Both the position numbers and the translations under genes were made by a program. Under the pieces are notes generated by a model. The model searched no databases and was not told where the DNA came from. It saw only the letters and a list, made by a program, of their open reading frames with translations. From assembly GCA_913043225.1 (NCBI GenBank), contig CAJWLU010000036.1, positions 1 to 22,749 on the forward strand: a DNA stretch of 22,749 nucleotides, read 5' to 3'. Positions 1-8,855 of this stretch are shown here, in pieces (the stretch's first letter is position 1; each line of letters begins with the position of its first letter). The stretch is from an uncultured Acidobacteriota bacterium (GTDB taxonomy: Bacteria > Acidobacteriota > Vicinamibacteria > Vicinamibacterales > UBA8438).

Positions 1-737
1 CCACGGTCATACAGACCCCGACGATCGGCGAGCCGCACCCGAACCAGATCGAGCAACATCCGGACCGAGTCGCTCACCGGATGGACTCGACTGGCCGGAT
101 CGTTCACCCACACCACCGGCACCTCAGCGATCTCGTATCCCAGCTTGGTGGCGATCCACAGCAACTCGACATCGAACGCGAATCCATCAAGACGCTGGCG
201 CGAGAACACCTGCTCGGCAGCCTCACGGCGAAAGCACTTGAACCCGCACTGCGTGTCTCCGATTTCGGCCACCGTCGTCGCCCGAACCACCCGATTAAAG
301 ACGCGCCCCATCGACTGCCGCCACCAGGCCTGCCGCACCCGCACGTCGGAAGCGGCGAGCGCCCGCGACCCGAGCGCCACCTGCGCACCCTCAGCCATCG
401 CGCCGAACAGACGCTCAACCTCCTCGATCGGCGTCGACAGATCGGCATCCGAAAACAGACGATAGTCACCGTCGGCTTCGAGCATCCCGCGTCGGACGGA
501 GTAGCCCTTCCCACGGTTGCGCCCATTATCGAGCACCCTCAAGGCCGACCAGTCTTCACCAAGGCGCTGTGCCTGGCTCAACGTCGCATCCACACCGCCG
601 TCCACGACGACGAGCACCTCGCTCCGGTAGGGCTGGAGATCCAAGTATTCACGCACCCGATCCAACGTGGGTACGATCCGGGCCTCCTCCTTGAAGGCGG
701 GAATCACCACGCTGAGATGCACCGGCTCGTCTGTCAT
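1..737 (-). CDS. GT2 glycosyltransferase, dolichyl/polyprenyl-phosphate beta-glucosyltransferase-like (3' end runs off the window)
   Basis: Not in the ORF track because no stop lies inside the window. Hand translation from ATG 737: MTDEPVHLSVVIPAFKEEARI...NRGKGYSVRRGM...LFSDADLSTPIEE...GSR...DTQCGFKCF...FAFDVELL...EVPVVW, which carries the hallmark motifs of the DPG-synthase GT2 family. Confidence 0.92.
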   Translation of the reverse strand, partial: MTDEPVHLSVVIPAFKEEARIVPTLDRVREYLDLQPYRSEVLVVVDGGVDATLSQAQRLGEDWSALRVLDNGRNRGKGYSVRRGMLEADGDYRLFSDADLSTPIEEVERLFGAMAEGAQVALGSRALAASDVRVRQAWWRQSMGRVFNRVVRATTVAEIGDTQCGFKCFRREAAEQVFSRQRLDGFAFDVELLWIATKLGYEIAEVPVVWVNDPASRVHPVSDSVRMLLDLVRVRLADRRGLYDR

Positions 738-803
738 CACGGGCGACTTGCACAAAGGGCGGGGGCCAGAAGGCCGCCATGGGGACGGTAGCGGTGCGAC
801 CGG

Positions 804-2411
804 CTACCGGCCACCGGCTGCATCGCTCGCCGCGTCGCTGGCGCCCAACTCGCGCAGCACGTCGGCGCTGTTGCCATTCGGCACGCGGTTGGCTGCGATC
901 TGGCTCCGCGCCCGGCCGGCCGCGGCCCCGTCGGCCAGCTGCAGCGGTGTCCGTCCTGCACCGTTCTCGAGGTTGAGATCCGCGCCGTGCTCTGCCAGCA
1001 GTCTGACCAGCTTAGATAGATTGCGCTGGGCGGCCGTGTGGATCGGGGCCACGCCATTCAGGTCCGTCTCGTTCACATCGGCGCCCAGTTCCAAGGCGAC
1101 CCGAGCCGTGGCCAGCGCTTCGATCTCTTCAAGATTCGGGTCTCGACGAACCTCGTCCAGAAAGTAGCGACGCCGGCCGCTGTCGCCACCGACCACCGCC
1201 AGCAAAGGGGGCATGAACCCGCCGGACACGTGGGGAGGGCCAACGCCACCCGCTCGCTCGAAGACCGCGTCCCATCGCTCGAAAGTCGTGAGCCGTGGGT
1301 CCGCGCCGGCCGCGACGAGGTCACGCATGATGTCCGGCTCACGGTAGTACGCCGCCAGCCAGTACGGTGTCGCGCTCACCAGCGCCGGATCAAAGGCCCA
1401 GTCCATGCTCGTCCGCCGCTGCGGGGTTCCCGTGCGCAACCGCGCATTCGGATCCGCCCCACCCCGGAGCAGCGCCTCTACCAGCCGCTCGTCGCCTCGC
1501 AGGATGGCGGCATGCAGAGCCGTGTAGCCGGCATCGCTTTGATTCGGATCCGCGCCAGACTCCAGGAGAAATGCCGCGAACGCGCCCTGACCGCTGTGGG
1601 CGGCCAGCACCAGAGGAGTCGCTCCCACGAGCGAGGCCTGCTCGACATCGGCGCCCGCGGCAATCAGGTGACGGGCCGCCGCGATCCGTCCCTGCCTGGA
1701 GGCGAAGAGCAGAGGCGTGAAACCGCCGTGATTCCACATCATGCCCTGGTCGTACTGGCCGGCATTGACGTCCTCTGCGTGCATCAACCGAGGGCGGCTT
1801 CTCGACCTGGCGCCAAGCGCCGCCCCACGATCGACCAGCAGCGCCACGATATCCGGATGCCCCTGCGCTACCGCCCACATCAGCGCGGTCTGGAGCCGCG
1901 TCTGCTCTCGTGCGTTCGGGTCCGCGCCTGCGTCGAGTAACAAGCGCACCGCGTCGACATCGCCCGTCCGTGACGCCGTCATCACCGGCGTCTCACCACC
2001 TTCGAGGGCCAGGTTCGGGTCTGCCCCAGCGGCCAAAAGCTCATGAACCAACTCCGAGTCGCCATTGTTGGCGGCCAGCCAGAGCGGCGTCGCCCCCAGT
2101 TCATTGGCCACATTGACGTCGGCCCCGGCCACGAGCAGTAGGTGCACAATCTCGCCCTGCTGGCGAAAAACGGCCCAGTGCAGCGCAGTCGCACCGTCGG
2201 GCTGCGAAACGTCTACGTCGATGCCGGTGTCGATCAGCGCCCGCACCTCCGCGACGTCTTCCGCCCGCACAGCTGCGATGAGCGGCAGCTCGTCGCCGGG
2301 CGCAGCCACGGCCACGGGAGCAATCGGCGAGACCGTCATTAACACCGCCCCCACCCACGCGGAGAGAGCTAGTCGCGAGGTCATCGCCGGGGTCCGAGCA
2401 AGGTTATCCAT
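804..2411 (-). CDS. Secreted ankyrin-repeat protein (about 10 repeats)
   Basis: Repeated G-x-T-[AP]-L-[HMW]-x-A...LL-x-x-GA-D-[VP]-N units and a hydrophobic N-terminal signal ending AVA-A. ATG 2411 preferred over GTG 2429 because a GAGGGG RBS precedes it. Confidence 0.93.
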   Translation of the reverse strand: MDNLARTPAMTSRLALSAWVGAVLMTVSPIAPVAVAAPGDELPLIAAVRAEDVAEVRALIDTGIDVDVSQPDGATALHWAVFRQQGEIVHLLLVAGADVNVANELGATPLWLAANNGDSELVHELLAAGADPNLALEGGETPVMTASRTGDVDAVRLLLDAGADPNAREQTRLQTALMWAVAQGHPDIVALLVDRGAALGARSRSRPRLMHAEDVNAGQYDQGMMWNHGGFTPLLFASRQGRIAAARHLIAAGADVEQASLVGATPLVLAAHSGQGAFAAFLLESGADPNQSDAGYTALHAAILRGDERLVEALLRGGADPNARLRTGTPQRRTSMDWAFDPALVSATPYWLAAYYREPDIMRDLVAAGADPRLTTFERWDAVFERAGGVGPPHVSGGFMPPLLAVVGGDSGRRRYFLDEVRRDPNLEEIEALATARVALELGADVNETDLNGVAPIHTAAQRNLSKLVRLLAEHGADLNLENGAGRTPLQLADGAAAGRARSQIAANRVPNGNSADVLRELGASDAASDAAGGR

Positions 2412-2441
2412 GACAGTACCCCTCTTCACCTGTTCGGCCTC

Positions 2442-2470
2442 ATCCTACCGCCCCGCCAGGCGATTGACAA
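2442..2470 (-). promoter_or_regulatory. Putative sigma70 promoter for the ankyrin gene
   Basis: Minus strand TTGTCA (2470-2465), 17 nt spacer, TAGGAT (2447-2442). Confidence 0.55.
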
Positions 2471-2493
2471 CGCGCGTTCCGGAAGGCCACACT
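2464..2493 (+). promoter_or_regulatory. Putative sigma70 promoter for the DUF1592-DUF1552 operon
   Basis: Consensus TTGACA (2464-2469), 18 nt spacer, CACACT (2488-2493); AGGAG RBS before GTG 2539. Confidence 0.55.
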
Positions 2494-2538
2494 ACGGTGT
2501 TTCCGAGCGTACCTACGCGATAGCACGTAGGAGAAACC

Positions 2539-5019
2539 GTGCCCAGAACGGCGTCCAGCGTCGCGGCGGTCAGCGTAGCGGTCCTGGCGTTGTCTGGCGA
2601 CCCTGCCGTTGCCCAGACGGTCGGCAACACTTCGCTCGGCGTGTCGCCGCAACGGACCCTGGTGGACCGCTACTGCGTCACCTGCCACAACAGCGAGTTC
2701 GTCGACGGCACTGACGAACCCCGCTCACTTCTCGTAGCCCAGCTCCGCACCATCGGTCTTGCGCTTGACAAGGCGAACGTCGATCAGGTCGGCGAGGATC
2801 CCGAACTCTGGGAACATGTGGTACGAAAACTTAAAGTGGGAGCAATGCCGCCCCAGCCGAGACCGCGGCCGGACAAGGACACCTACAATGGGTTCCGCCG
2901 GTGGCTCGAAGGGGAACTCGACCGCCACGCGGCCACACGGCCTGACCCGGGACGTACCCAAGCGTTCCACCGGCTCAACCAGACCGAGTATCGCAACGTC
3001 ATTCGGGACCTGCTCGACCTCGACGTCGATGTGAGCGCCTGGATACCCGCCGATGCTCCGGATCGATTCGGCTTCGACAACAACGCTGGAGCACTCTCGC
3101 TCTCTCCGGCTCTATTCGAGCGCTACGTCTCCGCATCACGCAAGATCGCGAGGTTGGCCATTGGCAGCCCGCCAGCCGGCGGCACCGTGACCGACACCTA
3201 TGAGGTCCCGCTCAACCTTGTCCAACACAACCAGCAAAGCGAGGAACTACCGTTCGGGTCGCGCGGCGGGATGGCTATCCGCCAGCACTTTCCCGTGGAC
3301 GGCGAGTATCTAGTCAAGATCGGTCTCCGCACGAACTACGTCGGATACGTGCGAGGCATCGACCAGGCCCACAAGGTGGACGTTCGTCTGGACGGACGCC
3401 GGATTCGCACCTTCACGGTGGGCGGAGAGGCGCCGGGGCTGCCCGCGCCAACCAGCTACGCCGGCAACATCCGTGGCGATGAAGCGTGGGAAACCTACAG
3501 CCAGACTGCCGACGACCACCTCGAGTTTCGGATTGTGGTGGACGCTGGACCGCACACCCTCGGTGTGACCTTCCCGCGGGAAACCTGGGAAGAGGAAGGG
3601 GTACTCCAGCCGCGTCAGACCGGGTTCGCGCTAGCTGTCGACGACATGCCGGACGCCAACCCTGCGCTCGACAACGTGCGCATCAGCGGCCCGTTCACGG
3701 TTGAGGGCCGTGGCGACACGCCGACTCGCCGCCGGGTGTTCACCTGCACCCCTTCGGACGCGGCCGAGTTCGTACCATGCGCCCGAGAGATTCTGACTAC
3801 CCTGACGCGCCGCGCCTATCGTCGTCCGGTCACCGAGTCTGACGTGGCGACGCTCCTCTCCTTCTTCGAAGCAGGGAGCGCGGGCGGCAGCTTCGACGAA
3901 GGCATCGGGTTCGCGCTGGAGCGCCTGTTGACGGACCCGGAATTCCTCTACCGGATCGAGCACGACCCAATCGATGCGCAACCGGGCGAGGTCTACACCC
4001 TACGCGACGTAGAGCTTGCCTCGCGGCTGTCGTTCTTCCTCTGGAGCAGCGCGCCAGATGACGAGCTGCTCGACGCTGTGGAGGCCGGCACCCTCAGCAC
4101 GCCTGAGGTGCTCACACGGCAGGTGCGTCGGATGCTGGCGGACTCGCGCGCGACGGCACTCGTCGAGAACTTCGCAGGCCAGTGGCTCCACTTCCGGAAC
4201 CTGGACGGTGTCTATCCCGACCCGCTGGCCTTCCCCCATTTCGATGAGAATTTGCGCGAGGCGTACCGCACCGAAACCAAGCTCTTCCTCGAGAGCCAGG
4301 TACAGACCGACGCCAGCCTGCTAGATCTGCTCCGCGCTGACTACACCTTCGTGAACGAACGTCTCGCGGCGCAATACGGCATCCCGGACATCTACGGCAG
4401 CCGGTTCCGCCGGGTCAACTTCGGTCCAGGCGAACGAGCCGGATTACTCAGTCACGGCAGCATCATGACCGTGACCTCGTACCCAAACCGCACGTCTCCG
4501 GTCCTGCGGGGCAAGTGGGTCCTCGAGAACCTACTGGGCGCACCGCCGCCGGAACCGCCCCCAGACGTTCCCACCCTCGAAGAAGAAGACGAGGATGGGG
4601 CGAAGCTCTCGATGCGCGAGGCGATGGTAATGCATCGCGAGAACCCGGCCTGCGCGGTCTGCCACTCGGCCATGGACCCCATCGGCTTCTCACTCGAGAA
4701 CTTCGACGCGGTGGGAACATGGCGGGACCTCAGCGAAGCCGGGACCCCGATCGACTCCTCCGGCACACTGCCAGACGGGGCAGCGTTCGACGGACCAACC
4801 GGACTGCGGGATCTGCTGCTGGACCGCCCAGATGACTTCGTCGGCACCTTGACCGAGAAGCTCATGGGCTATGCCCTCGGGCGAGCGCTCGAGTACTACG
4901 ACGCCCCGGCGGTCAGACGGATCGTGCGAGACGCGACCAGTGACGACTATCGCTGGTCATCCATCGTGCTCGGCATCGTGAACAGTGACGCGTTTCGGAT
5001 GCGGAGATCAGACTCATGA
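2539..5019 (+). CDS. DUF1592/DUF1588/DUF1587/DUF1595/DUF1585 (PSD/PSCyt) secreted c-type cytochrome
   Basis: Signal peptide (AVA-Q); CVTCH (2674-2688) and CAVCH (4651-4665); family motifs HRLNQTEYRNVIRDLL, GFDN, RRAYRRP, ELASRLSFFLWSSAPD, FAGQWL, RTSPVLRGKWV, GFSLENFDAVG, YALGR. Confidence 0.93.
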   Translation: MPRTASSVAAVSVAVLALSGDPAVAQTVGNTSLGVSPQRTLVDRYCVTCHNSEFVDGTDEPRSLLVAQLRTIGLALDKANVDQVGEDPELWEHVVRKLKVGAMPPQPRPRPDKDTYNGFRRWLEGELDRHAATRPDPGRTQAFHRLNQTEYRNVIRDLLDLDVDVSAWIPADAPDRFGFDNNAGALSLSPALFERYVSASRKIARLAIGSPPAGGTVTDTYEVPLNLVQHNQQSEELPFGSRGGMAIRQHFPVDGEYLVKIGLRTNYVGYVRGIDQAHKVDVRLDGRRIRTFTVGGEAPGLPAPTSYAGNIRGDEAWETYSQTADDHLEFRIVVDAGPHTLGVTFPRETWEEEGVLQPRQTGFALAVDDMPDANPALDNVRISGPFTVEGRGDTPTRRRVFTCTPSDAAEFVPCAREILTTLTRRAYRRPVTESDVATLLSFFEAGSAGGSFDEGIGFALERLLTDPEFLYRIEHDPIDAQPGEVYTLRDVELASRLSFFLWSSAPDDELLDAVEAGTLSTPEVLTRQVRRMLADSRATALVENFAGQWLHFRNLDGVYPDPLAFPHFDENLREAYRTETKLFLESQVQTDASLLDLLRADYTFVNERLAAQYGIPDIYGSRFRRVNFGPGERAGLLSHGSIMTVTSYPNRTSPVLRGKWVLENLLGAPPPEPPPDVPTLEEEDEDGAKLSMREAMVMHRENPACAVCHSAMDPIGFSLENFDAVGTWRDLSEAGTPIDSSGTLPDGAAFDGPTGLRDLLLDRPDDFVGTLTEKLMGYALGRALEYYDAPAVRRIVRDATSDDYRWSSIVLGIVNSDAFRMRRSDS

Positions 5020-6347
5020 TTATCACCAAAAAAGCTCTTCCCAGACGTACCGTGCTCCGCGGCCTTGGCGCCAGTCTCGCGCTCCCGTTACTCGACGGCA
5101 TGGTGCCGGCTTTCGCCGCGATCCGAAACAGCGCGGCGCAACCGGTGCGACGCTTCGGGGTGGTCTACGTACCCAACGGCATGGCAATGCGGCACTGGAC
5201 TCCAGCGACAGACGGTCGGGACTTCGAGCTGACGCGGCTCCTCAGTGGTCTCGGTGAGTTCAAGGACCAGATATCGGTACTGACCGGACTCAACGCCGTT
5301 TCCAGCAACGCTGGCGTCCACGCCAGCGCGGCCACCCGTTTCCTGACAGGTGTGACCCCGGCCCGGACCGAGTCGAACCTGCGAGCCGCTGTGTCGGTCG
5401 ACCAGCTGCTGGCGCGCGAGTTCTCGCAGCACACCCAGCTCGGCTCGCTGGAGGTGGCGCTCGACAGCCGGGACGTCTCTGGCTCCTGTGACGTGGGCTT
5501 CAGCTGTACCTACACCAACACCATTTCGTGGCGAAACGATACAACGCCGCTGCTGGGCGAGAACAACCCGCGGACGGTGTTCGAGCAACTCTTCGGCGAC
5601 AGCGGCTCGACCGATACCGACGCTCGCCTGGCGCGAATGCAGAAGGACCAGAGCATCCTCGACTCGGTCAGCGAGAAGATCACGGCGATCGAGCGCGGCT
5701 TAGGACCGAACGACCGGCTGCGGGTCAACGAGTACCTCGACGCCGTGCGGGACATCGAGCGCCGGATCCAGAAGGCGGAAAAGCAGAGCGGTCGTGAGCT
5801 GCCTGAGGTCGACCAGCCGCCCGGCATTCCCCCCACCTACGCCGAGCACGCCGCGATCATGTTCGACCTGCTGCTGCTGGCGTATCAGACCGATCTCACC
5901 CGCGTGACCACCTGCATGATGGCACGCGAGATCAGCGGGCGGACCTATCCCGAGATCGGCGTGCCGGACTCGCACCACCCGACCTCGCACCACCGGAACG
6001 ACCCCGTGCTCTACGAAAAGGTAGCGAAGATCAACGAGTTCCACCTCTCGCTCTTCGCCGACTTCTTGCGAAAGGCGCGAACGACACCAGACGGCGACGG
6101 CACGCTCCTCGACAACATGATCATGCTCTACGGCGCGGGCATGTCAGACAGCAACCGGCACGACAACCGCGGCCTCCCGTTGGTGCTCGTCGGCGGCGGA
6201 TCTGGTCAGCTCAGCCCCGTCGGTCACCGGACTTATGAGCAGGGAACACCGGTCACAAACCTGCACCTCACCCTCCTCGACAAGATGGGGGTTCCGGTGG
6301 AGAAGTTCAGCGACAGCACCGGCAAGCTCGAGCTGTTGAGCGTATAA
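5016..6347 (+). CDS. DUF1552 (HXXSHH) family protein with Tat-like leader
   Basis: RRTVLRGLGASLALPLLDGM leader, YVPNG, SVDQ, HHPTSHH (5973-5993), SDSNRHDNRGLP. ATGA overlap with the upstream stop suggests translational coupling. Confidence 0.93.
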   Translation: MIITKKALPRRTVLRGLGASLALPLLDGMVPAFAAIRNSAAQPVRRFGVVYVPNGMAMRHWTPATDGRDFELTRLLSGLGEFKDQISVLTGLNAVSSNAGVHASAATRFLTGVTPARTESNLRAAVSVDQLLAREFSQHTQLGSLEVALDSRDVSGSCDVGFSCTYTNTISWRNDTTPLLGENNPRTVFEQLFGDSGSTDTDARLARMQKDQSILDSVSEKITAIERGLGPNDRLRVNEYLDAVRDIERRIQKAEKQSGRELPEVDQPPGIPPTYAEHAAIMFDLLLLAYQTDLTRVTTCMMAREISGRTYPEIGVPDSHHPTSHHRNDPVLYEKVAKINEFHLSLFADFLRKARTTPDGDGTLLDNMIMLYGAGMSDSNRHDNRGLPLVLVGGGSGQLSPVGHRTYEQGTPVTNLHLTLLDKMGVPVEKFSDSTGKLELLSV

Positions 6348-6455
6348 CGCTGCCGGCGCTTCGGCCTCGGGCCCTTCTCATGTACGGGCGTTCGGTGCGA
6401 TCGCGTATCCTGTGCCGACACGAAAGATCAGCAGGCTCCCGAGGACGGAGACACC

Positions 6456-8570
6456 ATGAGCAATCAATTGCGCGGAATCGGCGTCGCCGCCAGTCTCGCG
6501 GCATTGCTAGGGGTAATGTCGAGTTGTGGGGGCGCTGGTGGAGCACCCACGGGAGCCGACAGTGACCCAGATGCGAGCGTCGAGCTCGACAGCGACGACA
6601 TCGGCGGCGTAGTAACCAGCGCCGAGGGACCAGAAGCCGGCGTCTGGGTTATCGCCGAGACCACCGACCTCCCGACCGGGTTCATTCGGATCGTAGCGAC
6701 CGACGATGATGGCCGCTACGTGCTCCCGGACCTCCCGGCCGCGACCTACAACGTGTGGGTCCGCGGCTACGGCCTGGTCGACTCTCCCCGGGCGTCGGCC
6801 GCCCCAGGCGAGCATCTCGACCTCGAAGGCGTCGTCGCGCCAGACGCCGCCGCCGCGGCTGAGGTCTATCCGGCGGCCTGGTGGCTTTCGATGATGGACC
6901 TGCCTGAAGGCGAACATTCCAAGCAGGCCCTTGGCAGCCAGGTGACCGGCTGCTTGAACTGCCATCAGGTCGGCAACAGGGCCACCCGCATAATTCCGGG
7001 CGACATCCTGGCCGGATCGGACTCGCATCTCGAGGCCTGGGATCGTCGAGTGGCGATGGGCCCCATGGGCCCAGCCATGGCTGGCATGTATGGCCGCCTT
7101 GGAGACCAGCGAGCGATGTGGGCAGATTGGACCGACAGGATCGCAGCCGGCGAGACCCCTGCCCAGATCCCACCGCGGCCCCAGGGCATCGAGCGGAACG
7201 TGGTGGTCACCTTGTGGGACTGGGGCACCGAGACCGACGGCCGCACCGACAGCGCCGCTTCGGATGTGCGAGACGCCACGGTCAATGCGAACGGGCTCGT
7301 CTACGGGGTCGTGCAACCCAGCGACATCCTCGCGGTGCTCGACCCGGTGGAACACCGGGCGTTCAACATTCCCATCCCGTCCTCCAGTCCCGAGATCCAG
7401 GGAGACACGCCGACCTCTCCCTACTGGGGCGACGACCCGGTCTGGGCGCGGCAGGCCGACCCGCGGAGCGTGGCCATGGATGGCAAAGGTCGGGTCTGGC
7501 TGACCGGCCGTATCCGCGCGCCAGACGCCCAGCCAGACTTCTGTACCGACGAGGCGAACCCCTACGCCGCCAACTACCCGCTGCGACAGGGGAGCCGACA
7601 GGTGTTCATGTACGACCCCGATAGCGAGGCGTTCTCCGAGGTCGACACCTGCTTCTCGGCCGACCACAACATGATCAGTGAGGACGACGACATCTTCTAC
7701 GGGTTCAACAGTGGGATCGGCTGGATCGATATGGAGGTGTGGGACGACACCGCCGATGCCGAGTCGTCGCAGGCCTGGTGCCCAGGCGTGCTCGATCTCG
7801 ACGGCGACGGCGCGGCCACTCCAGGCTGGACCGAGCCCGACGAGACGCCGACCACCGGCCGAGATCACCGGATCGCCTTCAACTGCTATTCGCCGGCGGT
7901 CGACCCAACCGACGGGTCGATCTGGTGCTCTGGGAATCGGCCGACCGACAACCAGTTGGTGCGCATCGAACTGGGCGACGACTCACCCCGCTCCTGCACG
8001 GCCGAGGTCTACCTGCCTCCGCCGTCAATCACCGGTCCGCCCGCCTATGGCAGCGGCGGACTCCATTTCGACGGTGAAGGAGTGGCCTGGCAGGACTGGC
8101 GAGGCAGTGGACACTTCGCGTCGTTCGACCGGAACCTTTGTGCGTCGACCGCCCCCAATCCCTCTGGACAGGCTTGTCCAGAGGGATGGACCTTCCATCG
8201 GATGCCCAAACCCACGTTCGACAACACCCCGTTCCCGATCAACTCCGACGAGAGCTACCTGACCCAGGTGGATCATCATGACGTCCTCGGGCTGGGACAC
8301 GACGTGCCGCTCTACGGTGTCGTGAACACGGATTCGCTCGAGGTGTTCATTCCAGGAACGGAACAGTTCGTCACCCTTCGCGTGCCCTACCCGATGGGCT
8401 TCTTCTCCAGGTCATCGAACGGTCGGATCGACGACCCCGAGGCCGGCTGGAAGGGCAAGGGGCTCTGGTCGAGCTACTCCAACTACGCGGCCTGGCATCT
8501 GGAGGGAGGACAAGGCACGCTCCAAAAGAATGTGAAGTTCCAGATCCGGCCCCATCCCCTGGCGAAGTAG
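6456..8570 (+). CDS. Probable lipoprotein: carboxypeptidase-regulatory-like beta-sandwich, one CxxCH, Cys-rich propeller-like region
   Basis: GGAG RBS; hydrophobic leader ending MSS-C24; GPEAGVWVIAET..TDDDGRYVLPDLPAATYNVWVRGYG; CLNCH (6951-6965); C-terminal LRVPYPMGFF...GRIDDP..GWKGKGLW...FQIRPHPLAK. Confidence 0.82.
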   Translation: MSNQLRGIGVAASLAALLGVMSSCGGAGGAPTGADSDPDASVELDSDDIGGVVTSAEGPEAGVWVIAETTDLPTGFIRIVATDDDGRYVLPDLPAATYNVWVRGYGLVDSPRASAAPGEHLDLEGVVAPDAAAAAEVYPAAWWLSMMDLPEGEHSKQALGSQVTGCLNCHQVGNRATRIIPGDILAGSDSHLEAWDRRVAMGPMGPAMAGMYGRLGDQRAMWADWTDRIAAGETPAQIPPRPQGIERNVVVTLWDWGTETDGRTDSAASDVRDATVNANGLVYGVVQPSDILAVLDPVEHRAFNIPIPSSSPEIQGDTPTSPYWGDDPVWARQADPRSVAMDGKGRVWLTGRIRAPDAQPDFCTDEANPYAANYPLRQGSRQVFMYDPDSEAFSEVDTCFSADHNMISEDDDIFYGFNSGIGWIDMEVWDDTADAESSQAWCPGVLDLDGDGAATPGWTEPDETPTTGRDHRIAFNCYSPAVDPTDGSIWCSGNRPTDNQLVRIELGDDSPRSCTAEVYLPPPSITGPPAYGSGGLHFDGEGVAWQDWRGSGHFASFDRNLCASTAPNPSGQACPEGWTFHRMPKPTFDNTPFPINSDESYLTQVDHHDVLGLGHDVPLYGVVNTDSLEVFIPGTEQFVTLRVPYPMGFFSRSSNGRIDDPEAGWKGKGLWSSYSNYAAWHLEGGQGTLQKNVKFQIRPHPLAK

Positions 8571-8573
8571 ACG

Positions 8574-8822
8574 ATGGCCATTACGCTAACGACCGAGGCC
8601 GAGGCCCAGACAATGGCTTCGCTCAAGCGCTACGTCCGCGAGGAACTGGATCAGGACATCGGAGACCTGAAGGCGAAGCTCCTCCTGGACTATCTGCTGA
8701 AGGAGGTCGGTCCAGTGGTCTACAACCAGGCGATCTCGGACGCCCAGGCCTACTTCACGAACCGAGTGGCCGACCTGGAAGGGTCGTGTCACGAACCGGA
8801 GTTCGTGTACTGGGACGACTGA
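8574..8822 (+). CDS. DUF2164 family protein
   Basis: 82 aa with S-L-K-R-Y..EEL...IGDLKA.LLLDY...EVGP.VYNQAI.DAQ pattern typical of DUF2164. Confidence 0.85.
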   Translation: MAITLTTEAEAQTMASLKRYVREELDQDIGDLKAKLLLDYLLKEVGPVVYNQAISDAQAYFTNRVADLEGSCHEPEFVYWDD

Positions 8823-8825
8823 CGG

Positions 8826-8851
8826 GGGCGGGGCCACCCGCAGCCCCGCTC
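8826..8851. terminator. GC-rich hairpin between convergent genes, possible bidirectional terminator
   Basis: GCGGGGC (8828-8834) pairs with GCCCCGC (8843-8849) with an 8 nt loop. No U-tract. Confidence 0.4.
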
Positions 8852-8855
8852 GCCA

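Noticed and set aside
81..791. 236 aa plus-strand ORF
   Set aside because: Antisense shadow of the GT2 gene on the minus strand; no motifs.
6507..7868. 453 aa minus-strand ORF (also 1038-1940, 8919-9917, 16121-16981, 21108-21953)
   Set aside because: Antisense shadows of well-supported genes, expected in high-GC DNA.
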